A stretch of 64,000 bases of DNA from Candidatus Cloacimonadales bacterium (GTDB lineage: Bacteria > Cloacimonadota > Cloacimonadia > Cloacimonadales > JAFGVF01), in NCBI GenBank assembly GCA_963677495.2, contig CAXXOU010000002.1, forward strand, positions 1 through 64,000, read 5' to 3'. The translations under genes were made by a program, and so were the position numbers. Below, in pieces: positions 29,162 through 38,545 of this stretch; position 1 is the first letter of the stretch, and each line of letters starts with the position of its first letter. The notes below the pieces were generated by a model. It saw nothing but the letters and a program-made list of their open reading frames with translations, ran no database searches and was not told the DNA's origin.

Positions 29162-29728
29162 TTATTTTCCTGAAAGTTCAGCTTCAAGTTTCTGGAAAGC
29201 TTGAGTTGCTTTGAACTCATTATACATTGCTTCTTCGTTCTGTATAGCACTTGTCATCTCTTGATTAACTGTATCTTTTGGAATAGCTAATTGAGCAAAA
29301 ACTTTATAGCGATCTGCTCCGTTTACTTCAACAATAATAGCTTCTGATTTAGTTGGAACCGCGTTTGCAAATTTAGCATCTGAAACAACTTTAGTTACTC
29401 TTTCTGTAAACTGTAAAACGCGAGGATTGTCAGTACCTGATTCTTGAATGAAATCACTCATCATGTCCTTAACATAAGCTTTAACGTATTGAGCTGCATT
29501 ACTGAAGGCTTCAGTTTTTGCAGATGAACGAGCAGCTTTTTCACTAGCTTTTGTTGCTGAACCGTAGAAATATAAGTATTCAGCACTAGGATCCTGTGAT
29601 TCCCACCATGCAGGAGCATATACTTTTTTAACACCACTAGGCTTTTCTCCGCCTTTAGCACCACCACATCCTACTAACAATAAAGCTAATAAGATAAGAC
29701 CAATCAATAGAATTTTAGTTCCTTTCAT
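29162..29728 (-). CDS. LPP20-like lipoprotein
   Basis: Lipobox LVGC, APAWWESQ, YFYGSA and C-terminal FKATQAFQKLEAEL. Confidence 0.75.
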   Translation of the reverse strand: MKGTKILLIGLILLALLLVGCGGAKGGEKPSGVKKVYAPAWWESQDPSAEYLYFYGSATKASEKAARSSAKTEAFSNAAQYVKAYVKDMMSDFIQESGTDNPRVLQFTERVTKVVSDAKFANAVPTKSEAIIVEVNGADRYKVFAQLAIPKDTVNQEMTSAIQNEEAMYNEFKATQAFQKLEAELSGK

Positions 29729-29910
29729 ATTTATCCTCCTCTATGAGTTTCGAATAACAATACTCAATAAAAGTGACTCCAAAAAAAGTTGTCAATCAAA
29801 ATGTTGTGCATTATTACCGCTTACTATGCATATCCTTTCTATCTTGCTTGTAGATAACAATAAAGCGGAGAAAGAAAACTTCTCCGCTTTTGATTAGTTA
29901 AGTATTTATC

Positions 29911-32640
29911 TTAGTCAAAGATTCTTAATACTACAAGTCCATCTTCTCCATTAGAGATGAAGATATGGTTGTTATCGAATCTGACATCTTTTACTGTTGT
30001 AAGACCATCGTCGTTTGTTTGCTGAAGCACTGTAGGGTTACTTGTGTCAGTTACATTAGCAATTGTTATACCACCATCACCGGCTGCAATTACTGCGAAG
30101 TTATCTTTTACATAACATGATACCGGAGTACCTACTACAGTACATGAACCCAATGGACTCAGCTGTGAAGGTGTTGCCATGCTGAATGAATAGAATCCAT
30201 CCCCTGTTGTTACATAAAGAACATCATCAACTGGGAATACGTCTGTTGCCGGAGCTGTTGTTGCTGTTGTGTTTGCAACTGTTGGATTAGCAGGATCTGA
30301 TACATCAACAATAACGATTCCGTTATCCATATCAGCTACATAAGCATAGTTGCCAACCACACATACTTGATGAGCTGAACCATCAGTATCGAGATTACCT
30401 ACTATCACAGGACTGGTCTGATCAGTTAAATCTAATATCTGCAATCCATTCCCTGCATCAGCAACGTAAGCATAGTTACCTTCAACCCAGATGCCTTCTG
30501 CATTACCAGGTGTGTTTGCGTAGCCAACATATTGTGGTAATATTGGATTAGAAACATTATTTACCTGCATACCCCATTCAAGGTCAACAGAATAAGCGTG
30601 ATCATTATAATAGAATACATCATAACAGAATTCAGGAGTGTTAATCAATCCACCAACGTAAGGACTTGAAGGATTGTTCACATTGATTACAACCATGCCT
30701 GAGCCGTTATCAGCTGCGTAGATGTAACCATCGTTGTAGTCCATTCCATAAATACCATTTGGTACATCACAATTTGCAACAGGGTGTAAGCTCCATTCAC
30801 CGGCAGTAATACCGGTATCGAATGACCATGTTGGTCCCTCAGTTTCTAAGGCTCCATCTGATGCTACAACTTTCCAGTAGTAAGTTGTTGATGTATCTAA
30901 ATCTTCAACTGTATAAGTTGTATCAACTATCCCATCTGCATAAAGAGAAGGAGTTGCTTCTGTTCCTAAATATAATGAATAAGTTAGTGGTTGACCTGTG
31001 TTTGCATCGCTACAAATCCATTGGAAATCAATAGTAGTATGTACATCCACTGCTAAGTCTTCAGGATAAGGTGCTGAAGGCACATCAGGAGCTACGTTAG
31101 GTCCATCGATAGTACTAAATTCCCAAACCGGACCATTTCTCCATAAACTGCCATCAAACGCCTTAACTCTCCAGAAATATGTCTGTGCATATTCAAGATT
31201 GGTAGGAGCAAAAGTAGTTTCTGTAAGATTTTCTGCAATAGTATCCATACTTAAAGAAGTACCCATTTGAACTTCATAAGTTAAGTCATCTCCATCAGGA
31301 TCTGAGCATTCCCAGCTTAAAACGGTATCTAAGAATAAGTATTCAGTTTCATCAGCAGGATATGGATTCTCTAATGGATAAGGTTGTGTATTTGTTCTGA
31401 ACTCCCATATTGGGCTGGAAACAGAAGAATAATCGTCAAAAGCTTCAATACGCCAGTAATAGATTGTCGCTGATAAAAGATCAACAGCTTCGTATGTATT
31501 AGCTGACTGGTTATTACTCATGAGTGGTGGATCTTCCTGTGTACCGAAATAAACCTTATATACAAGATCATTACCATCAGCATCCGGGCAGTCCCAAGAC
31601 AATGTAACATTATTTGGAATACCAACAGCATCGTGTGCAGGCATAGGGTTTGATGGTACAGGAGGTATATTGTTTGTAGTAAATGACCAAATAGGACCTG
31701 ATGTCTCATTATAGCCATCAGAAGCTACAACTCTCCAGTAGTAGGCTGTTCCATTATCCAGCTGGTTTGGTATGTATTCACTATATATATAGTTCTCATT
31801 AACTAGTGGAGGATCAGCTTCTGTGCCAAAATAAAAGTCATATTGAAGCTGAGTTCCATCCGGATCTGTGCATTCCCAAGTCATTCTAGGATTTGGTGTC
31901 ACACCTGTAGCTTCATCAGCAGGAAACTGGTTACCCGGTTCATTTGGTGGTGCGTTTTCTCCAAGAGTAGTTCTAAATTTCCATCTTTCACCAACAGTTT
32001 TGACAAAGCCATCATAAACATCAATTCTCCAGTAATAGGTAGTACCTAATTCAAGTTCTAAAGAATCAGGGAAGGCAAATGATGTTGTTGTCTGGTTATC
32101 AGATATAGGATTAGATGGAAGAGATGTTGATGTACCATAATAAACATCATAAACTAATGCATCACCATCTTCATCAAAACTTTCCCATGTAAGAGTCGGA
32201 AGTGTTGGAACACCTTCAGCTTCGTGATCCGGTGTTGGGTTGCTTGCTCTTTCCGGTGCAACATTAGGTCTGGTTAACTCAATGTTTACAGGTGTACTAT
32301 CTGTACTGTTACCGCTTTTGTCCACTGCTTTAGCAATAAGTACATAGTCACCGGGTGTTAAACCTGAAGTAGCCCAAGCATATGAGTATGGAGAAGTTGT
32401 AAGTGTCTCTACTATCTCTCCATTTGCTTTAAATTCAACACGATTTACACTCTTGTTGTCATCAGCATTAATTGATACATTGATAGTATTACCAATAACG
32501 TAGTTCGCACCCTCAATTGGTTGAGCGATACTTACTGTAGGGGGGGTTTTATCCGAGCTGGTTGAATCCCCACAACCGGTAAATATTGCTAAACTAAGGC
32601 ATAAAAGACTAATAATTATATATTTAGTCCCTTTCATCAT
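29911..32640 (-). CDS. Lipoprotein with Ig-like domain, five FN3-like repeats and LVIVD-repeat propeller
   Basis: Lipobox FTGC, DKTPPTVSI, repeated W...D.DG..L.Y.VY.GT...YYWR...D and VEGNYAYVAD...GLQILD. Confidence 0.82.
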   Translation of the reverse strand: MMKGTKYIIISLLCLSLAIFTGCGDSTSSDKTPPTVSIAQPIEGANYVIGNTINVSINADDNKSVNRVEFKANGEIVETLTTSPYSYAWATSGLTPGDYVLIAKAVDKSGNSTDSTPVNIELTRPNVAPERASNPTPDHEAEGVPTLPTLTWESFDEDGDALVYDVYYGTSTSLPSNPISDNQTTTSFAFPDSLELELGTTYYWRIDVYDGFVKTVGERWKFRTTLGENAPPNEPGNQFPADEATGVTPNPRMTWECTDPDGTQLQYDFYFGTEADPPLVNENYIYSEYIPNQLDNGTAYYWRVVASDGYNETSGPIWSFTTNNIPPVPSNPMPAHDAVGIPNNVTLSWDCPDADGNDLVYKVYFGTQEDPPLMSNNQSANTYEAVDLLSATIYYWRIEAFDDYSSVSSPIWEFRTNTQPYPLENPYPADETEYLFLDTVLSWECSDPDGDDLTYEVQMGTSLSMDTIAENLTETTFAPTNLEYAQTYFWRVKAFDGSLWRNGPVWEFSTIDGPNVAPDVPSAPYPEDLAVDVHTTIDFQWICSDANTGQPLTYSLYLGTEATPSLYADGIVDTTYTVEDLDTSTTYYWKVVASDGALETEGPTWSFDTGITAGEWSLHPVANCDVPNGIYGMDYNDGYIYAADNGSGMVVINVNNPSSPYVGGLINTPEFCYDVFYYNDHAYSVDLEWGMQVNNVSNPILPQYVGYANTPGNAEGIWVEGNYAYVADAGNGLQILDLTDQTSPVIVGNLDTDGSAHQVCVVGNYAYVADMDNGIVIVDVSDPANPTVANTTATTAPATDVFPVDDVLYVTTGDGFYSFSMATPSQLSPLGSCTVVGTPVSCYVKDNFAVIAAGDGGITIANVTDTSNPTVLQQTNDDGLTTVKDVRFDNNHIFISNGEDGLVVLRIFD

Positions 32641-32710
32641 TCTAACCTCCAGTAGATTATTATTTATATTTTTATGACATCTATATCTTTGCATGTCAAC
32701 TAAAAACTAT

Positions 32711-33448
32711 TTATTTCTTATCCCAACGATAATCTATTGCATTATTCTTTAACGCTTTTATTAGTCGGTATTGTAGCTCATCCTTCCCAAACAGCTCATC
32801 CAACAGTGTTTTCTTATCTCTATAAGTGTCTCGTATATTACTTGATTCATAAGGGCATTCATAAGATAAGAGTGGTAGTTTAAGTGTATTGTAAACCTTT
32901 ATTATATCCTTTTCGCTTACAGTAAGCATGGGTCGGATCACAATCAAAGGATACTTCTCATATCTCAATTTCGGCTTTAAACCATCAATTCTGTTATGCT
33001 CTAGCAGATTCATTAGGAAAGTTTCAACTACATCCCCGGCATGATGACCGAATACTACTCTTTTAATACTACGTTCCTGCATGAATTCCCACATTGCTAA
33101 TCTTTTAAAGCGTGAACAGGAATAGCATACACCCTTTTTATTTGCTAAACTTCGCTCCATATCGATTTTTAGATCAACATATTCTACACCAAGCTCATCA
33201 CATAGAACTCTCATACTGTCCGTATTATAGTCATCTGTTCTAACATGCAGGGCAACGAGATTGAAGTTTAGATAGGAGTATTTATTTATGTACCACAGTA
33301 GGTAAAGAAGAGTAGTGCTGTCCTTTCCACCTGAAAGAGCGAGAGCAATGGTCTCATGATCATTGATCAAGTTGTAATGCCTAATTGTTCTGATTATCTC
33401 AGCAACAATGGGTTCAAAAGACTTTTGAAACTCCTTTATTATCCTCAC
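32711..33448 (-). CDS. TtcA/Ctu1-like PP-loop ATPase (tRNA thiolation family)
   Basis: SGGKDS, CYSCSR, GHH.GD..ETFLMN, IRPM and CPY; probable GTG start after AAGGAG. Confidence 0.8.
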   Translation of the reverse strand: MRIIKEFQKSFEPIVAEIIRTIRHYNLINDHETIALALSGGKDSTTLLYLLWYINKYSYLNFNLVALHVRTDDYNTDSMRVLCDELGVEYVDLKIDMERSLANKKGVCYSCSRFKRLAMWEFMQERSIKRVVFGHHAGDVVETFLMNLLEHNRIDGLKPKLRYEKYPLIVIRPMLTVSEKDIIKVYNTLKLPLLSYECPYESSNIRDTYRDKKTLLDELFGKDELQYRLIKALKNNAIDYRWDKK

Positions 33449-33606
33449 CTGTACTCCTTTAAATAATCCCTGTACACAATTCATTTATGCAGTTTTCTAT
33501 CCAAAGCACTAGTTAATTACTATATGCAGAGATTTTTTACCCCTTTACCCCTTAGAGCTCGGGAATGAAGTGATTTGATTATTCTCTAATACCATTTTGT
33601 ATGAAG

Positions 33607-33635
33607 AAAAGAGTCGTAGTTGTATACGACTCTTT
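33607..33635 (-). terminator. Terminator after the orphan gene
   Basis: aaaagagtcgta-gttg-tatacgactcttt. Confidence 0.7.
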
Positions 33636-33660
33636 GTTATTGGTTACTTAATTGCTGATA

Positions 33661-34113
33661 CTATAAAATCCCATTCATTAGCTCTTCATAGCGCGGAACA
33701 ATGGGTATAATCCCTGCTTCCACTGCCTGACGAACTGTGGTTATTGGAAGTCCACTATCTATTGCATATTGTGGAGTAATAGTTACTAAATTTACTGATG
33801 GTACTTCTCTTTTCAAAGAGTAAAGCATTTTAATTAGAAGTGAGTTTGAATTGACCCGAGTACCATGTCCCAGAACCATAATGTTGAATCGGTCTGAGTA
33901 GTTTTGCAAATCGGTGAGATAACCTTGGCTGATAGAATGATAGAACCTTCCAATATTGGATGAGCGTTCTGCCATACTATAGTGATTTTCTCCCATTGTT
34001 GGTTTAACATAAGCTCGAGCTAAAGGTGCTCCTGTAATCTTATCGACATAATAGACCATCTTTGCTAACTTGCCTACAAATCCATCTACCGGTCGCATGT
34101 ACTTAACTTTCAT
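33661..34113 (-). CDS. Hypothetical basic 150-aa protein (N-terminal G..GK...VYY...R pattern reminiscent of DUF6266-like proteins)
   Basis: GGAGGA RBS before MKVKY; has its own terminator; family resemblance is from memory only. Confidence 0.6.
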   Translation of the reverse strand: MKVKYMRPVDGFVGKLAKMVYYVDKITGAPLARAYVKPTMGENHYSMAERSSNIGRFYHSISQGYLTDLQNYSDRFNIMVLGHGTRVNSNSLLIKMLYSLKREVPSVNLVTITPQYAIDSGLPITTVRQAVEAGIIPIVPRYEELMNGIL

Positions 34114-34285
34114 TTTCTTTTCCTCCGTTGAGTTTAAGTTTTTTATTTGAAAGAAATACAACGATATGAGGTACTATTAACCTCCCTAATTATTGACCAT
34201 CTGCTCCTCCCTCTCGTAAAGGGTTAAAAACGTGTTTTACCTAAGCAAAATCAATGTGTATAATCGACATTAATTTAACACTAAT

Positions 34286-34480
34286 TCCATCTGTGCCAAT
34301 CTTATCCCTGCTAGTCCCGTGGTCAACAAAAATGTTGCTATAGTCATCAAGTTATCCACATGATGTGGATAAATCGAGCCCTTCCACGAGAGGGTCACGA
34401 GAGGGTCACCTGTGGCGAACCTTTGAAACACCTTTTTTAGTCACGGGACCAGAAGGGATGAGGAAGGGCAAAATTGGAGC
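34286..34480. repeat. Long imperfect inverted repeat enclosing a DnaA-box palindrome and 11-bp repeats (element G)
   Basis: atccctgctagtcccgtg (34304-34321) pairs 16/18 with 34442-34459; ttatccaca-tga-tgtggataa at 34352-34372; cacgagagggt x2 plus cac at 34385/34396/34407. Confidence 0.75.
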
Positions 34481-34514
34481 AAAATTGGGAAAATTGATAG
34501 TGGAAAATTGTTAG

Positions 34515-35080
34515 CTGGAGTCAAAGCGACCGAATGGGAGTTGGACTCATAGCGAAATATGGCAATATTCTACCTTTCGAATTTCCTTAGACCTTGGAAA
34601 TGGTACTCTTGTAAATTCCCCTCTCGTAGCCTGTCAGGGCGTAGCTTTAAGCGAAGACTGAAGAGGTGCCGTTTTTAACGGTGGGGTGTTTCTTTCTTCT
34701 TAGTGCACCATTTGCAAGGTTTACAACCATTCCAAAGGTACAGATTGCAGATGGTATTTTCATAGCCCCATGCGACTTGTTGCTTGGGGTTAAAGCTCTC
34801 GGATATTTTTAGCCCTGAAGGGGCGTAAGAACACAAATGTGTTAATCTTTCGCCCCTATAGGGCTGCAAGCTTCGTTGATTACGTTACCACATGCCCAAG
34901 CATGTGGCTATTGAACAGACGCCTTTTCAAGGCTAAAGGGCGCTATGATAGCTATGTGAAAGTGAGGACACTTGCACTACATTCCAGCCCTAAATGGGCT
35001 AAATATGAATAGCCCCCAGGTTTTGTGAACCCGGGGTCATGTTCCCAAAAGACCATTAGAACCCTGAAGGGGTTCAACGA
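34515..35080. repeat. REP-like mosaic region
   Basis: Hairpins agccctgaaggggc, gcccctatagggct and agccctaaatgggct; modules shared with 37707-38230, 46283 and 51141-51535. Confidence 0.7.
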
Positions 35081-35290
35081 TTCCTTGACAAAGAAAATGA
35101 TGCTGCTCAAATAACCGAATAGTTATTTGAAATTATGAATTAGAAATTACTAATTAGAAATTGGGCAGGTTTCACCTTCATTAAAGTTATGGCGAACAAG
35201 TTGCCTGCCCGTTTTAGATTTTGGAGTGCATCGTCTATGTAGATGCTTTAGACCGACACAATAGGTAAACTCCATATAAAAGCAGGAACA

Positions 35291-37705
35291 ATGAATAAAT
35301 TATTAATACTACTTATGATTCTCTCAGCATTTTTAATGCTTAATGCAACGACTCTCGAAGTCTCTTTAGATGGTTCACATCCATACACCTCTATCCAAGA
35401 TGCTATTGATGATACCATTATTGGGGATACAGTACTAGTACATCCCGGGAGATACCTTGAAAATTTAAGTATTTATGGTAAAAGCATCTCCATGTGTAGT
35501 GAGTTTAACAATAACCGAGATTGGAATGTTGTTGAATCAACGATAATTGATGGGAATCTGCAAGCAAGGTGTTTATTAATAGATAGTTATTCAGCAGTTA
35601 TACTCAATGGGCTTACGTTCACAAATGGGACTAGACGGCCTAATTTTCATCCTTATCACGGTGGAGGACTCTCCATTAACGGGAGTTCTACTGTATCCTT
35701 ATCCAATTGCATCATTGACAATAATGAATCTGAAATGGGGGGAGGAGTTTCCTGTTCAGATAACTCTTCATTAACTCTATCTGGAAATATAATCCGTGCT
35801 AACAGAGCATTTGATAGGGGTGGAGGTATAAGCATTTCAGAGTCCAGTGTCTTGTTTGACCCCACAAATTTGAATAGTATTTTTGACAACTATGGCTCTG
35901 TTCTGGATATTTCAATTTCGAATTCTTCCTGTAGTGATATAATTTTGGACACATTAAGTGTAGTTCTTTCGGAACCTGATGGATATTTTATTTCATATAA
36001 CTCCATAGATAATATAGAAGATCCTTTTGTTTCTGTTCAAAACGGGAAGCTAAATTTGATTGATTCTGATCTTTATGTCTCCCCTAGTGGTAACGATAAC
36101 AATGATGGTTTAACTCCATCTACAGCACTTAAGACAATTGCTTATGCGACAAAAATTATACAACCAAATGAAGTAAACCCAAGACAAATTCTGCTATTGC
36201 CAGGGACTTATAGTAGAGATGTGAATAATCAGATATTCCCAATCGCTCTAAAATCAAATACAAAACTCATAGGTAGTAGTAACTCTCCTCATGAAGTAAT
36301 TCTGGGAGGTTGGATCGATACAAGCACAATACAGCTAAGTTTTGGAGAAAACATCGAGATTGGCCACTTCTTCATTAGTAGTAATTACGAAATCATATCT
36401 CCTATAGGAATGTATCAATGTAGCAATATCTCAGTGCACGATATTGAATTTAGATGCTCTGAAAGTGTTTTCTTAGGTGTTTGGGCGAGTCATATCAACT
36501 ATCTTAACATCAGCAACTGCTCAATCACTGATGTTGTTGCCAATAGAAACATGTTTGGTCACTATATAGGAAGGTGTAGCAATGTATCTCTTAATAATAT
36601 TGTAATCAATAATGTTACAGGACTAACTGATGTTGGTTTTCAATATGGTATAGACATGTCAGCCTCTTCTGTAACTGCGAATAACATCATAATTTCAAAC
36701 ACTCATTTTAGGAATTTGGCAATAGCAACTAGTAACTTTGAAAGCGAGTTTTATACTGAAATTGGGAGTCTTCAACTTACAAATTTGATTATGTATGATA
36801 ATATTTCTACTTCTGATATGCCCTTGATAAATCTCACTAACTGGGGAAGCCAGAATTATCTGAATAACATGACAGTCTATAACAACGACTTAGCTGCTGA
36901 AATGATAAGAGTAGTAGGCGATTATACTGTAAAAAATTGTGTTTTGTATAATCCAGAGGCAAGTTATGAAATAAAGATGTGGGAACCTTACGATTTTGAA
37001 ATAGACCCTCAATATTCTGATTTACATCTTGATTATAATCTTGTAAGAGATGGGAATCAAGGAATAGGTGGTACTGATGAGCCTAATAACACCCTCACAT
37101 GGGGAAGTCACAACATTGATGCTGACCCAATGTTTAGGGGAGATGTCATAGGTGATGTACCCCTAGGAGATTACAGATGGTTACAACTCACTGAAAACTC
37201 TCCCTGCGTGAATGCGGGAACACCTGATACACTTGGTATGAACTTGCCAACAGTAGATATTGCAGGAAACCCGAGAGTATGGGATGATATAATAGATATG
37301 GGTGCTTATGAGTATAATCCGACTCCTAATAGTGATGAAACAGCTCCATCCCCACCTGCAACGATACAGGTGTCTCATTTTCCTAATCCTGTAACACCAA
37401 ATGGTAGTAACGGAAAAGTTGCATTTATCGAGTTCACACTTCCTAAGAAACCTATAGAAAAACCAACCCTTGAGATATTCAATATCAAAGGGCAGAAGGT
37501 TAGGGATCTGAAGATAACCCAGAGTTTTTCACAACTTGTGAGAAGTGCAGGATTATCATCAGAGGATAAGCAAACCGGGGAGCATTACTCTAAGATCTGG
37601 GATTGTAAAGATAATAATCTTAAGACGGTTGCATCGGGGATATATTTTTATAAGGTTAGTTGTGAGGGGGAAGAAGCGATTGGCAGAATGATGGTGGTGA
37701 AGTAG
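35291..37705 (+). CDS. Secreted beta-helix protein with choice-of-anchor-Q-like region and C-terminal FlgD-Ig/CTD-like domain
   Basis: Signal peptide, YTSIQDAI..GDTVLV.PGRY.E, GGG repeats, YVSPSG.D.NDG, SPCVNAG..DIAGNPR..IDMGAYE and IFNIKGQKV..SGIYFY. Confidence 0.8.
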   Translation: MNKLLILLMILSAFLMLNATTLEVSLDGSHPYTSIQDAIDDTIIGDTVLVHPGRYLENLSIYGKSISMCSEFNNNRDWNVVESTIIDGNLQARCLLIDSYSAVILNGLTFTNGTRRPNFHPYHGGGLSINGSSTVSLSNCIIDNNESEMGGGVSCSDNSSLTLSGNIIRANRAFDRGGGISISESSVLFDPTNLNSIFDNYGSVLDISISNSSCSDIILDTLSVVLSEPDGYFISYNSIDNIEDPFVSVQNGKLNLIDSDLYVSPSGNDNNDGLTPSTALKTIAYATKIIQPNEVNPRQILLLPGTYSRDVNNQIFPIALKSNTKLIGSSNSPHEVILGGWIDTSTIQLSFGENIEIGHFFISSNYEIISPIGMYQCSNISVHDIEFRCSESVFLGVWASHINYLNISNCSITDVVANRNMFGHYIGRCSNVSLNNIVINNVTGLTDVGFQYGIDMSASSVTANNIIISNTHFRNLAIATSNFESEFYTEIGSLQLTNLIMYDNISTSDMPLINLTNWGSQNYLNNMTVYNNDLAAEMIRVVGDYTVKNCVLYNPEASYEIKMWEPYDFEIDPQYSDLHLDYNLVRDGNQGIGGTDEPNNTLTWGSHNIDADPMFRGDVIGDVPLGDYRWLQLTENSPCVNAGTPDTLGMNLPTVDIAGNPRVWDDIIDMGAYEYNPTPNSDETAPSPPATIQVSHFPNPVTPNGSNGKVAFIEFTLPKKPIEKPTLEIFNIKGQKVRDLKITQSFSQLVRSAGLSSEDKQTGEHYSKIWDCKDNNLKTVASGIYFYKVSCEGEEAIGRMMVVK

Positions 37706-37706
37706 G

Positions 37707-38230
37707 AAGAAGTGAGTTGCAACGTAGTGTGACTCGCTAATTCCGTCATTCGAAGCAGATTTCGTTCTCGCGTCACGCTAACGCTGCAACGCAAGTCCGA
37801 ATGATGTAGCTGTCACTATAGCGACAGAATGGGAGTTGGGTGAATAGCGGAAGATGGCAAAGAATAGTTTTGTGACAAGACACACCTACACAGTTGGTGC
37901 ACTCCATGAAGTCCGTTTTCGCTCGTAAACTTCACTCTGACAAACTCCTTTTCTAAACCTGAAACTCGTTATGACTCCAATGATGGAAGAGATTGCTTCG
38001 TAGCGCACCATTCGGAAGGTCTAAGGACCATTCCGAAGGTACGATTATACTTGTAGATTTCGTTCTCGCCCCACACTTCGCTGCGGTGCAAGTCCGAAGG
38101 CTGTAGCAGTCACCTTTGCGAGTTTGCGAGCTCGGGGAAATGCGGAATTGGTAAAGAAACGTTTTGTGACAAGACGCACCTACACAGTTGGTGCACTTCA
38201 TAGCTTGGTGTCGAAGTCGTAAGCTAAGGG
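37707..38230. repeat. REP-like mosaic with internal duplication
   Basis: ttttgtgacaagacRcacctacacagttggtgcact at 37868 and 38162; gatttcgttctcgc...gcaagtccgaa at 37758 and 38056. Confidence 0.75.
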
Positions 38231-38415
38231 TGATCGGTTTGGATATCATTCTTTTAACCAAAAAAGTAGAATTTGCTTATCAGATATAGTGTCATATATT
38301 CTGATTGACAAGGAGAGTGGTTAATAACTTAATGTCAGATAGTCACTAAGAATAAAGCTAAAAGCAGTGAAATTCTTGCTTGACACCGTAAGCGAAGAAA
38401 ATAATTTGGTGCAGT

Positions 38416-38501
38416 GCGAAAGTGGCGGAATTGGCAGACGCGCTGGACTTAGAATCCAGTGAGCTTAGCTCGTAGGGGTTCAAGTCCCCTCTTTCGCACC
38501 A
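38416..38501 (+). tRNA. tRNA-Leu(TAG)
   Basis: Cloverleaf with variable arm, anticodon loop ct-TAG-aa, encoded CCA; TTGACA promoter at 38380. Confidence 0.95.
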
Positions 38502-38545
38502 TTTTTTTATTCAAAAACAAATAAGATAATATAAAGGAGACTGTT

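Noticed and set aside
34352..34372. Chromosomal oriC
   Set aside because: Only one DnaA-box pair, no dnaA/dnaN/gidA context, and the motif is part of a repeated element
35130..35162. Heptamer-like aattatg/aattaga tandem as a separate element
   Set aside because: Short, low-complexity and AT-rich, with no associated gene to support it
37953..38261. Short ORFs in repeat regions (also 34675-34869, 45994-46264, 50978-51426)
   Set aside because: They translate palindromic repeat modules; shared peptide motifs (AAKCGART/ATKCGART) reflect the DNA repeat, and none has an RBS
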